NCBI RefSeq assembly: GCF_009914755.1 | Contig: NC_060940.1 | DNA from: the human T2T-CHM13v2.0 reference genome, Homo sapiens | Reading direction: 5' to 3' (one strand) | DNA: 64,000 nt | Shown: piece by piece, positions 13,201 through 26,947 of the stretch | Layout of the letters: each line of letters starts with the position of its first letter | Numbering within the stretch: the first letter of the stretch is position 1 | Made by a program: the position numbers and the translations under genes | Notes under the pieces: generated by a model | What the model was told of the DNA's origin: nothing | What the model saw: the letters and a program-made list of their open reading frames with translations, nothing else | Database searches by the model: none

Positions 13201-15445
13201 TGATACCATTCAATTACATTTGATGATGATCCCATTCAATTTCATTTGATGGTGATTCCATTAGAGTCCATTCGATGATTTCATTCGAGTCCCTTCATTG
13301 ATTCCATCCGATTTCATTGGATGATGACTCCATTCGAGTCCATTCGATGATTCCACTCGATTCCATTAGATGATTCCATTGGAGTCCATTTGATTGTTCC
13401 ATTCGATTCTATTCGATTCCTTTCGAAGATTCTTCCGTTTGAGTCCATTCGATGATGATTCCATTCCATTCCATTCGATGATTCCGTTTGATTCCATTCG
13501 ATGATTCCCTTCGATTCCTTTCTTTGATGATTCCATTCCATTCCATTCAATGATTCCATTCGAATCTATTCCATGATGATTCCTTTCGATTCCATTCGCT
13601 GATGTTTCCGTTCAATTCCATTCGATGAAGAATCCATTCGATTCCATTCATTGAGGATTCCATTTGATTCCATTCAATGATGATTCCATTCTATTCCATT
13701 CAATGATTGCATTCAATTCCATTCAATGATTATCCCATTAGAGTAAACTCAACGATTCCATTCAATACCATTAGATGATGATTCCTTTTGAGTCCATTCA
13801 ATGATTTCATTCAAGTCCATTTGATGATTCCTTTCAATTCCATTCTATGATGATTCCATTCGAGTCCATTCGATGATTCCATTCGATTGCATTCGATGAT
13901 TCCATTATGTTCCATTCAACGATGATTCCATTCAAGTCCATTCGATGATTCCATTAGAGTACATTTAATGATTGCTTTGTTTTCAATTCGAAGATGATTA
14001 CATTGGATTCCATTCTATGATACCATTCGATTCCATTCAATGATGATTCCACTCAAATCCATTGGATGATTCCATTCGTGTCCATTCGGTGATTTCATTA
14101 GATTCCATTCGAGGATGATTCCATTCGATTCCATTCGATGATTCCATTCAATTCCATTCGATGATGATTCCATTCCAGTCCATATGATCATTCCATTTGA
14201 TTTCATTCGATGATGATTCCATTCGATTCCATTCGATGATTCCATTCTATTCCATTCGATGATGATTCCATTCGAGTCCATTCGATGATTCCATTCGAGT
14301 CTATTTAATGATTCCATTGGGTTCAATTCAATGATGATTACATTGGATTCCGTTCTATGATTCCATTCAATTCCGTTCATTGACAATTTGATTCCATTCG
14401 ATGATGATTCCATTTGAGTTCATTCGATGATTCTATTCGATTCTCTTCGATGGTGATTCAATTCTATTATATTGGATGATTCCATTCGATTCCATTTGAT
14501 GTTGATTCAATTCGATTCTATTCGATGATGATTCCATTGGATTTCACTTGATGATTCTATTCGATTCCATTCAATGATGATTCACTTCTCGTCCATTGGA
14601 TGATTCCATTTCATTCCATTCGATGATGATTCCATTCGATTCCATTCGATGATTCCATTTGATTCCATGCGTCGGTGAGCAATTCGATTCAATTCCATGA
14701 TGATTCTATTTGATTCAATTAGATGATGTTTCCATTCGAATCCATTCCATGATTATTCCATTGGAATCCATTCGGCGATGATTCCATATGAGTCAATTCA
14801 ATGATGATTCCATATGGGTCCGTTCGATGATAATTCCATTTGATTTCATTCGGTGCTTCTATTCAATTCCAGTCGATGATGATTCCATTGGAGTCCATAC
14901 GATGATTCCGTTTGATTTCATTTGATGATGATTCCATTCGATGATGATTTCATTGGATTCCATTCTATGATTCCATTCAATTCCATTCGTTGATGATTCG
15001 ATTCCATTCAATGATGATTCCATTTGAGTTCATTCGATGATTCTATTCGATTCCGTTCGATGGTGATTCAATTCTCTTATATTGGATGAATCCACTCGAT
15101 TCCATTTGATGATTATTCCATTGGAGTCCACTTAGTGAATCCTTCAGATTCTACTCGAAGATGATTCCATTCAAGTCCATTCGATGATACCATTCAATTC
15201 CATTCGTTGATGCTTCCATTCAAGTGCATTCGATGATATCATTCGATTCCATTTGATGATAATTCCATTTGATTCCATGCGATGATTCTATTCGATTCCA
15301 TTCAATGATAATTCCATTCAATTCAGTGATTCCTCTGGACTCCATTTGATGATGATTCCATTCAATGATTCCATTCGATTCTATTCGAAAATGATTCCAT
15401 TTGAATCCATTTGATGATGATTCCATTCGATTCCATTTGACGATG
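10256..15445 (+). repeat. Truncated 6.1-kb-type unit (A-B-C-D-E-F-G-part H) with internal 72-bp and ~170-bp deletions
   Basis: Landmarks 10311, 10944, 11239, 13314, 14015 and 15220 parallel 56, 687, 1054, 3332, 4033 and 5238. It ends where H joins module C (hybrid ORF 15220-15651). Confidence 0.85.
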
Positions 15446-18294
15446 ATTTGATTCGTGTCCATACGATGATTCCATTTGATTCCACTTGATGAGGATTCCA
15501 TTCGAGTCCATTTGATGATTCCATTCAATTCCATTCTCCGATGATTTCTTTTGAGCCCATTCAATGCTTCCACTCGATTACATATGATGATGACTCCATT
15601 CGATGAAACTCGATGATGATTCCATTCGCTTGCATTCGATGATGATTCCACTTGAGTCCGTTAGAAGATTCTATTCAATTACATTCCATGACGATTCCGT
15701 TCGAGTCCATTTGATGATTCCATTACACTCCATTCGACAATGATTCCATTCAATGTTATTCGATGATTCCATTCGATCTCATTCGATGATGATTCCATTC
15801 AACTCCATTCGATGTTTCCATTCGAGTTCATTCTATTATTCCATTAGATTCCATTCGATGATGATTCCATTCGATTCCATTTGATGATTGCATTCTATTT
15901 CATTTGATGATGATTCCATTCGAGTCCATTCGATGATTCCATTCGAGTCCATTTAATGAATCCATTGGTTTCAATTCTATGATGATTATATTGGATTCCA
16001 TTCGTTGATGATTTCATTCGATTGCATTCAATGATGATTCCATTCAATTCCATTCAATGATTCCATTCAATTCCATACGATGATGATTCCATTTGATTTG
16101 ATTCGACAGTGAGCCATTCAATTCAATTCCATGATGATTCTATTTGATTCAATTGGTTGACATTTCCATTCGATTCCATTCGATGATGATTCCCTTTGAT
16201 TCGATTCAAAGATGATTCCATTCTAGCCCATTCAATCATTCCATTCGATTCTATTCAATGATGATTCCATTCATGTCGATTTGGTGATTCCATTTGACTT
16301 CATTTGATGATGATTCCTTTCAAGTTCATTAGATGATTCCATTCGATTCCATTTGATGATGATCCCATTCGAGTCCATTCAGTGATTCCACTCGTTTCCA
16401 TTCCATGATGATTCCATTCCATTCCATTCAATGTTTCCATTCGATTCCGTTTGATGATGATTTCATTCGAGTCCATTTGATGATTCCATTTGATTCCATT
16501 CGATGATGATTCCATTCGAGTCCATTCGATGATTCTATTCGAATCCATTTGATGATTTCTTTTGATTAGAGTTGGTGATGATTCCATTGGAGTCCATTCA
16601 ATGATTCCATTCGATTCCAATCGATGGTGGTTCCATTAAAGTCCATTTAATGATTCCATTTGATTCCAGTCTCTGATGTTTACATTCGAGTCCATACGAT
16701 GATTCCACTCAATTCCATTTGATGATGATTCCATTCGATTCCATTCGATGATTCCATTCTATTCTATTCAATGGTGATTCCATTCGAGTACATTAGATGA
16801 TTCCATTCGATTCCATTCAATGATGATTCTATTTGTGTCCCTTAGATGATTCCACATGATTCCATTACATGATGATACTACTTGAGCCCATCCAATGATT
16901 GCCTTCGATTCCATTCGATGAGGATTCCATTCGATTCAATTCATTGGTGATTCTATTCAATTCAATTCTTTGATTCCATTCCATTCCATTCGACAATGAT
17001 TCCATTCGATTTCTTTCGATGATTCCACTCGATTCCACTTGACATTGATTCCATTCGATTCCATTCAATGATTCCATTTGATTCCAGTGGATGTTGATTG
17101 CCATCGATTCCATTTGATCACTCCATTCTATTCCATTTGATGATGATTACATTCGATTCCATTTGATGATTCCATCTGATTCTATTCGAGGATTCCATTT
17201 GATTCCATTCGATGATGATTCCATTCGAGTCCATTCGATGATTTCATTCGAGTACATCCAATGATTCCATTCGAGTCCATTTGATGATTCCATTTGATTC
17301 CATTGGATTATGATTCTACTAGAGTCCATTCAATGACTCCATTGGAGTCCATTCAACAATTCCATCCGTGTCCATTCGATGATTCCATTCGATTCCATTT
17401 GATGATTCCATTCGAGTCCATTTAATCATTACAGTCGAGTCCATTTGGTGATTCCACTGGATTTCTTTTGATAATGTTACCATTCAATTACATTTGATGA
17501 TGATCCCATTCAATTTCATTTGATGATGATTCCATTAGAGTCCATTCGATGATTTCATTCGAGTCCCTTCATTGATTCCATCCGATTTCATTTCATGATG
17601 ACTCCATTCGAGTCCATTCGATGATTCCACTCGATTCCATTAGATGATTCCATTGGAGTCCATTTGATTGTTCCATTCGATTCCATTCGATTCCTTTCGA
17701 AGATTATTCCATTTGAGTCCATTCGATGATGATTCCATTCCATTCCATTCGATGATTCCGTTTGATTCCATTCGATGATTCCCTGCGATTCCTTTCTATG
17801 ATGATTCCATTCCATTCCATTCAATGATTCCATTCGAATCTATTCCATGATGATTCCTTTCGATTCCATTCGCTGATGTTTCCGTTCAATTCCATTCGAT
17901 GATGATTCCATTCGATTCCATTCATTGAGGATTCCATTGGATTCCATTCAATGATGATTCCATTCTATTCCATTCAATGATTGCATTCAATTCCATTCAA
18001 TGATTATGCCATTAGAGTAAATTCAACGATTCCATTCAATACCATTCGATGATGATTCCTTTTGAGTCCATTCAATGATTTCATTCAAGTCCATTTGATG
18101 ATTCCTTTCAATTCCATTCCATGATGATTCCATTCGAGTCCATTCGATGATTCCATTCGATTGCATTCGATGATTCCATTATATTCCATTCAACGATGAT
18201 TCCATTCGAGTCCATTCGATGATTCCATTAGAGTACATTTAATGATTGCTTTGTTTTCAATTCGAAGATGATTACATTGGATTCCATTCTATGA

Positions 18295-21165
18295 TTCCAT
18301 TCGATTCCATTCATTGATGATTCCACCCAATTCCATTCGATGATGATTCCATTCGATTTCAATGATTCTACTCGATTCCATTCAATGATGATTCAATTCT
18401 ATTCCGTTTGATGATTCCATTAGATTCCATTCTATGATGATTCCATTCGAGTCCATTCGAAGATTTCATTCGATTACATTCCATGACGATTCCATTCGAG
18501 TCCATTCGATGATTCCATTTGAATCCATTCGACGATGATTCCATTTGATGCTATTCGATGATTCCATTGGATTCCATTCGATGATGATTCCATTCGACTT
18601 GATTTGATGTTTCTATTTGAGTCCATTCGGTTATTTTATTAGACTACATTCGATGATGATTCCATTCGATGCCATTCAATGATTCCATTTGATTCCACTC
18701 AATGATGATTGCATTCGTGTCCATTCGATGATTCCATTTGGTTCCATTTGATGATGATTCCATTCGAGTCCATTCGATGATACCATTCAATTCCATTCGA
18801 TGATCATTCCATTCGAATCCATTTGATGATTCCACTCAATTCCATTTGATGACTCCTTTCATTCCCATTCGATGATTCCCTTCAGTTCCAATTGGATGAT
18901 CTTTCCATTTGATTCAATATGGTGACTCCATTCTATTATATTCAATGATGATTCCATTCGACTCCATTAGATGATGACTCCATTCCATTCCATTCGATTG
19001 TGATTTCATTCGATTCCATTCGAAGATGATTCCATTCGAGTCCATTTGATGATTCCATTCGATTCCATTCAATGATGATTCCACTCAAATCCATTGGTTG
19101 ATTCCATTCGTTTCCAATTGGTGATTTCATTAGATTCCATTCGAGGATGATTCTATTCGAGTCCATTCAATGATTCCATTGGATTCCGTTTGATAATGAT
19201 TCCATTAGAGTTCATTCGATGATTCCCTTCGAGTCCATTCGATTATTTCTTTTGATTCCATTTGATGATGATTCCATTCGATTCCATTCAATGATTCCAT
19301 TCCATTCCATTCGATGATGATTCCATTCGATAATGATTACATTCGAGCCCATGTGATGATTCCATTAGATTCTATTCAATGATGATTCCATTCGACCACA
19401 TTCGATGATGGCATTCGAGTCCATTCGATGATTTCACTCGATTCCACTTGATGATGATTCCTTTTGAGTCCATTTGATGATTACATTCGAGTCCATGAGA
19501 TGACTCCATTCGATTCCATTTCATGATGATGCAATTCGAGGCTATTCGATCATCCCATTTTAGTGCATTCGGTGATTCTCTTTTATTACATTCGATGAGG
19601 GCTCCATTCGAGTCCATTCAATGATTCCATTAGATTCCACTCGATGATGATTCCATTTGAGTCCATTCAAAGATTCCTTTCGAGTCCATTCGATAATTCT
19701 ATTGGATTCCACTAGGTGATGATTCCTTTCGAGTCAATTCGATGATTCCTTTCAAGTGCCTTCAATGATTCCATTCGATTCCATTCGATGACGATTCATT
19801 TCAAGTCCATTCAATGGTTCCATTCTGTTGAATTTGATGGTTCCATTGGATTCCATTCGATGATGATTCCATTCGTGTCCATTGGATGATTCCATTCGAT
19901 TCCTTTCGAGGAAGATTCCATTCGACTCCATTCGATGATTCCGTTCGATTCCATTCCATGATGATTCCATTTGATTCCATTCCATGATTCCATTCGATAC
20001 CATTCGATGATGATTCCATTCGACTCCATTTGATGAATCCATTCAATGCTTCCATTCGAGTCCATTCGATGATTCCATTCGATTCCATTCCATGAAGATT
20101 CCATTCGAGTACATTTGATGATTCCATTTAATTCCATAGGATGATGATTCTATTAGGGTCCGTTGACTATTCCATTCAATTCCATTCGAAGATTCCATTC
20201 GAGTCCACTCGATGATTCTATTTGATTCCATTTGATAATTCCATTCGATTCCATTTGATGTTGATTCCATTCGAGTCCATTCGATCATTATTACATTTGA
20301 TTCTATTCGATGATTCCATTCGATTCCATTTGATGAGGATTCCATTCGAGACCATTTGATGATTCCATTCAATTCCATTGGATGATTCCAATATTTTCCA
20401 TTAGATGATGATTCCATTCGATTCCATTCAATGATGATTCCATCAGAATCCATTCGATGATGACTCCTTTTGCTTCCATTCAATGATCATTACATTCGGT
20501 TCCATTCGATGATGATTCCTTTGGATTCCATTCGATGATGCTTCCATTCGATTCCATTTGATGATGATTCTTTTCGATTCCATTTGATGATGATTCCATT
20601 TGATTCCATTCGATGGTGATTCCATTTGATGATTCCATTCGATTGTATTCGATGATGATTCCACTCGATTCTATTTGATGATGACTGCATTCGATTCCAT
20701 TTGATGATTCCATTTGATTCCATTCGATGATGATTCTGATCAATTGCATTCGATGATCCATTCGATTCCATTTGATGGTTCCATTTGATTCCATTTGATA
20801 ATGATTCCTTTCGAGTCCATTCGATGATTCCATTTGCGGATATTCGATAATTCCATTTGAGTCCAACCGATGATTCCATTCGAGGCCATTCAATCATTCT
20901 TTTTGAGTCCTTTCGATAAAGATTCCATTTTAGTCCATTCAATAATTCCACTGGAGTCCATTCGATGATTGCTTTTAATTCCATTCGATGATATTCCATT
21001 CGAGTCCATTCGATGATTCCATTCGTTGCTATTAGATGATGATTCCATTCATGACCATTTGGTGATTCCATTCGATTTCATTCGTTGATGATTCCATTCG
21101 AGTCCATTCCATGATTCCATTCAAGTCCATTTGATGATTTCTTTGAATTCAATTCGATGATGATT
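18295..21165 (+). repeat. Module X: HSat2 segment largely single-copy within this window
   Basis: Variant words such as gaggctattcgatcatccc, ccactaggtg, tttgcggatattcg and cgttgctattag were seen only here. ORFs 18644-21071 have almost no counterparts elsewhere in the track. Confidence 0.75.
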
Positions 21166-22588
21166 CCATTCGAGTCCATTCGATGATTCCATTCAGTTCC
21201 ATTCGATGATGATTCCTTTCGAGACCATATGATGATTCCATTTGATTTCATTCGATGATGATTCCATTCGATTACATTCGATGATTCCATTCTATTCCAT
21301 TCGATGATGATTCCATTCGAGTCCATTTAATGATTCCATTGGGTTCAATTCAATGATGATTACATTGGATTCTCTTCTATGATACCATTCAATTCCGTTC
21401 ATTGACAATTTGATTCCATTCGATGATGATTCCATTTGAGTTCATTCGATGATTCTATTCGATTCTCTTCGATGGTGATTCAATTCTATTATATTGGATG
21501 ATTCCATTCGATTCCATTTGATGTTGATTCAATTCGATTCTATTCGATGATGATTCCATTGGATTTCATTTGATGATTCTATTCGATTCCATTCAATGAT
21601 GATTCACTTCTCGTCCATTGGATGATTCCATTTCATTCCATTCGATGATGATTCCATTCGATTCCATTCGATGATTCCATTTGATTCCATTCGACGGTGA
21701 GCAATTCGATTCAATTCCATGATGATTCTATTTGATTCAGTTAGATGATGTTTCCATTCGAATCCATTCCATGATTATTCCATTGGAATCCATTCGGCGA
21801 TGATTCCATATGAGTCAATTCAATGATGCTTCCATATGGGTCAGTTCGATGATAATTCCATTTGATTTCATTCGATGCTTCTATTCAATTCCAGTCGATG
21901 ATGATTCCGTTGGAGTCCATACGATGACTCCATTTGATTTCATTTGATGATGATTCCATTCGATTCCATTCGATGACTCCATTCTGTTCCATTCGATGAT
22001 GATTCCATTCGAGTCCATTCGATGATTCCATTCGAGTCCATTTCATGATTCCATTGGGTTCAATTCGATGATGATTACACTGGATTCCATTCTATGATTC
22101 CATTCAATTCCATTCGTTGATGATTCGATTCCATTCAATGATGATTCCATTTGAGTTCATTCGATGATTCTATTCGATTCCGTTCGATGGTGATTCAATT
22201 CTATTATATTGGATGATTCCATTCGATTCCATTTGATGATGATTCCATTCGATTCCATTCGATGATGATTCCATTTGATTCCATTTGATGTTGATTCTAT
22301 TCGATTCTATTCAATGATGATTCCATTCGATTTCATTTGATGATTCTATTCGATTCCTTTCGATGATTCTATTCCATTCCATTCGATGATGATTCAATTC
22401 TCTTCCATTGGATGATTCCATTTTATTCCATTCGACGATGACTCCATTTGATTCCATTCAATGATGATTCCATTCGATTCCATTCGGTGATTCCATTTGA
22501 TTCCATTCGACGGTGAGCAATTTGATCCAATTCCATAATGATTCTATTTGATTCAATTAGATGATGTTTCCATTCGAATCCATTCGGT

Positions 22589-24272
22589 GATGATTCCATT
22601 GGTATCCATTCGACGATGATTCCATATGAGTCAATTCGATGATGATTCCATACGAGTCCGTTGGATGATAATTCCATTTGATTTCATTCAATCCTTCTAT
22701 TCGATTCCATTTGATGATGATTCCATCTGAATCCATTCTCCGATTCCATTCGATTTCATTCGATGCTTCTATTTGATTTCATTCGAAGATGATTCCTTTC
22801 AATTCCGTTCATTAATTCCATTTGATTCCATTCGATGATGATTCCATCCGATTCCATTGGATGATGATTCCATTCGAGTCCATTCGATGATTCCGTTCTA
22901 ATCCATTCTATGATTCCATTCGAGTCCATTCGATGATTCCATTCGATTCCATTCAGTGATGATTCCATTTGATTCCATCTGATGATGATATCATTTGATT
23001 CCATTCGATGATGATTCCATTGGAGTCCATTGAATGATTCAATTCAATTCCATTCCATGTGGATTCCATTCGAATTCATTCGATTATTCCATTCAAATCC
23101 CTTCGTTGATTCCATCTGATGCCACTTGACGATGATTCCATTCAAGTCCAATCGATGATTCCATTCGGTTCCATTCAATGATTCCATTCGAGTCCATTTA
23201 TGTATTATATTCGTGTCCACTTGATGACTCCATTCAATTCCATTTAATGATGATTCCATTTGATTCCATTTGATGATTCAGTTCGATTCCTTACAATGAT
23301 TCCCTACGATTCCTTTCTATGATGATTCCATTCGATTCCATTCATTGATGATTCCATTCGACTCCATTCAATGATGATTCCTTTCGATTCCATTTGACGA
23401 TGTTTCCATTTGAGTCCATTCGATGATGATTCCATTGGTATCCATTCGACGATGATTCCATATGAGTCAATTCGATGATGATTCCATACGAGTCCGTTGG
23501 ATGATAATTCCATTTGATTTCATTCAATCCTTCTATTCGATTCCATTTGATGATGATTCCATCTGAATCCATTCTCCGATTCCATTCGATTTCATTCGAT
23601 GCTTCTATTTGATTTCATTCGAAGATGATTCCTTTCAATTCCATTCATTAATTCCATTTGATTCCATTCGATGATGATTCCATCCGATTCCATTGGATGA
23701 TGATTCCATTCGAGTCCATTCGATGATTCCGTTCTAATCCATTCTATGATGCCATTCGAGTCCATTCGATGATTCCATTCGATTCCATTCAGTGATGATT
23801 CCATTTGATTCCATCTGATGATGATTTCATTTGATTCCATTCGATGATGATTCCATTGGAGTCCATTGAATGATTCAATTCAATTCCATTCCATGTGGAT
23901 TCCATTCGAATTCATTCGATTATTCCATTCAAATCCCTTCGTTGATTCCATCTGATTCCACTTGACGATGATTCCATTCAAGTCCAATCGATGATTCCAT
24001 TCGGTTCCATTCAATGATTCCATTCGAGTCCATTTATGTATTATATTCGTGTCCACTTGATGACTCACTCCATTCAATTCCATTTAATGATGATTCCATT
24101 TGATTCCATTTGATGATTCAGTTCGATTCCTTACAATGATTCCCTACGATTCCTTTCTATGATGATTCCATTCGATTCCATTCATTGATGATTCCATTCG
24201 ACTCCATTCGATGATGATTCCTTTCGATTCCATTTGACGATGTTTCCATTTGAGTCCATTCGATGATGATTC
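22589..24272 (+). repeat. Near-perfect tandem duplication, 836/840-bp unit, inside module Y/J
   Basis: ggtatccattcgacgatg occurs at 22601 and 23437 (836). ORFs recur at 22756->23592 and 23044->23880. The offset becomes 840 after an actc duplication near 24065 (23281->24121). Confidence 0.92.
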
Positions 24273-26410
24273 AATTCAGTTCTGTTCTATTATGAATCCA
24301 TTCGATTTCATTCAATGCTTCTATTTGATTCCATTCGACGATGATTCCATCTCTTTCCCTTCGATGTTTCCATTTGATTCCATTCAGTGATGATTCCATT
24401 TGATTCCATCTGATGATGATTTCACTTGATTCATTTCAATGATGATTCCATTCAAGTCCATTCGATGATTCCATTGGAGTCCAAACGATCATTCCATTCG
24501 ATTCCATTCAATGATGATTCCATTCATGTCCATTCAATGAATCCTTTCAATTCCATTCGATGATGACTCCATTCGAGTACATTCGATGATTCCATTTGAT
24601 TCCATTTGATGATGATTACATTCAATTCCATTCGAAGATGATTCCATTCAATTCCACTTGATGATGATTCCGTATGAATCCATTCGCTGATTATTCCATT
24701 CGATTCCATTCATTGACGATTCCATTCGATTCCATTCAATGATGATTCTCTTCTATTGCATTCGATGATTCCGTTCGATTCCATTCGATGATGATTCCAT
24801 TAGATTCCATTCGATTGTTGCATTCGATTCCCTTCGATGATGATTCCTTTGAATTCCATTCGATTATGATTCCGTATGAATCCATTTGATGATTATTCCA
24901 TTGGATTCCTTTCGATGATGATTCCATTCGATTCCATTTGATGATGTTTCTCATGTATTCCATTTGATAATTCCTTTCAATTCCCTTCGATGATGATTCT
25001 TTCGAGTCAATTGGATGATTCTATTCCATTCCCTTCGATGATGATTCCATTTCACTCCATTCGATGATTCCATTCGATTCAATTTGGTGATGATTCAATT
25101 CGATGACATTCGATGACTCCATTCAATTTCATTTGATGATGATTACATTCGAGTCCATTTGATGATTGTATTCCTTTCCTTTTGATGATTATTCCATTCG
25201 TGTCTATTCAAAGATTCCATTCTATTCCATTCAATGATGATTCCAATTGATTCCATTCAATGATTATGGCTATCGATTCCACTCGTTGATTCCATTTGAT
25301 TCCATTCGATGATTATTCCGTTAGATTCCATTAGGAGATTCCATTCGATTTTATTCAATGATTCCAATTGATTCCATTCAATGATGATTCCATTCGACTC
25401 CGTTCAGTGATTCCATTTGAGTCCATTTGAGGATTCCATTCGAGTCCATTTGATGATTCCATTCTTTTCCATTTGATGATGATTCCATTAGGGTCCATTC
25501 AATGATTCCATTCGAGTCCATTCGTTAATGCCTTTCGAGTCCTTTTGATCACTACATTCGAGTCCATTCAATGATTCTATTCGATTCCATTCCATGATGA
25601 TTCCATTCGAGTTCATTCGATGATTGCATTCGAGTCCATTTGATGATTCCATATGATTCCATTCGACAATGATTCCATTCGTGTCCATTTGATGATTCCA
25701 TTCATTTCCTATCGATGAAGATTCCATTCGAGTGTATTCGATGATTCCATTCAAATCCATTCGATGATGATTCCATTCCAGTCCATTCGATCATTCCACT
25801 TGATTCCATTTGATGACTATTCCATTCAAATCCATTTGATGATTCCATTCGATTCCATTCGATGTTACCATTCCACTATATACGATGATTCCACTCGATT
25901 CCATTTGATGATTATTCCATTGGAGTCCACTTAGTGAATCCTTTAGTTTCTACTCGAAGATGATTCCATTCGAGTCCATTCGATGATACCATTCAATTCC
26001 ATTCGTTGATGCTTCCATTCAAGTGCATTCGATGATATCATTCGATTCCATTTGATGATAATTCCATTTGATTCCATGTGATGATTCTATTCCATTCCAT
26101 TCAATGATAATTCCATTCAATTCAGTGATTCCTCTGGACTCCATTTGATGATGATTCCATTCAATGATTCCATTCGATTCTATTCGAAAATGATTCCATT
26201 TGAATCCATTTGATGATGATTCCATTAGATTCCATTTGATGATTCCATTCGATTCCATTCGACGATGATTCCATTCGATTCCATTTGATGATTCCATTCT
26301 ATTCTATTCGATGATGATTCCATTCGATTCCATTCGATGATGATTGGATTCGATTCCATTTGATGATTTCATTTGATTCCATTCGATGATGATTTCGATC
26401 AATTCCATTC

Positions 26411-26520
26411 GATGATTCCATTCGATTCCATTTGATAATGATTACATCCGAGTCCATTCGATGATTCCATTCGATTCCATTTGATAATGATTACATCCGA
26501 GTCCATTCGATGATTCCATT
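26411..26520 (+). repeat. 49-bp tandem duplication (23+26 dimer)
   Basis: ttgataatgattacatccgagtccattcgatgattccatt appears twice (ttacatccg at 26442 and 26491). It is single in the other copies (e.g. ~5660, ~9790). Confidence 0.92.
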
Positions 26521-26947
26521 TGAGCCCGTTCGATAATTCCATTTGAGTCCAATCAATGATTCCATTCATTTCCATTCAATGATTCCATTCGAGTCCATTT
26601 GATCATTCTGGTAGGGTCCGTTCGATGTTGATTCCATTGGAGTGCATTCGATGATTCCATTCGAGTCCATTTTAGGATTTGATTCCAGTCCTTTCGATGA
26701 TTCCATTCGATTCCACTCGATGCGATGATGATTTCATTCGAGTCCATTCGACACTTCCAATCGATTCCATTTGATGTTTCCATTCGATTCCAATTGATGA
26801 TTCCATTCAATTCCATTCGATGATGATTCCGTACGATTCCATTCTGTGATGATTCCATGTGATTGCATTCAATGATGATTCCTTTCGATTGCATTCGATT
26901 ATGATTCATTTCGTGTTCATTCTATGGTTCCACAGGTTTCCATTCGT

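Noticed and set aside
20490-21071. Longest ORF (193 aa) in the unique module X
   Set aside because: It has the same low-complexity satellite translation and overlaps similar ORFs in other frames. Its length is explicable by chance absence of stops.
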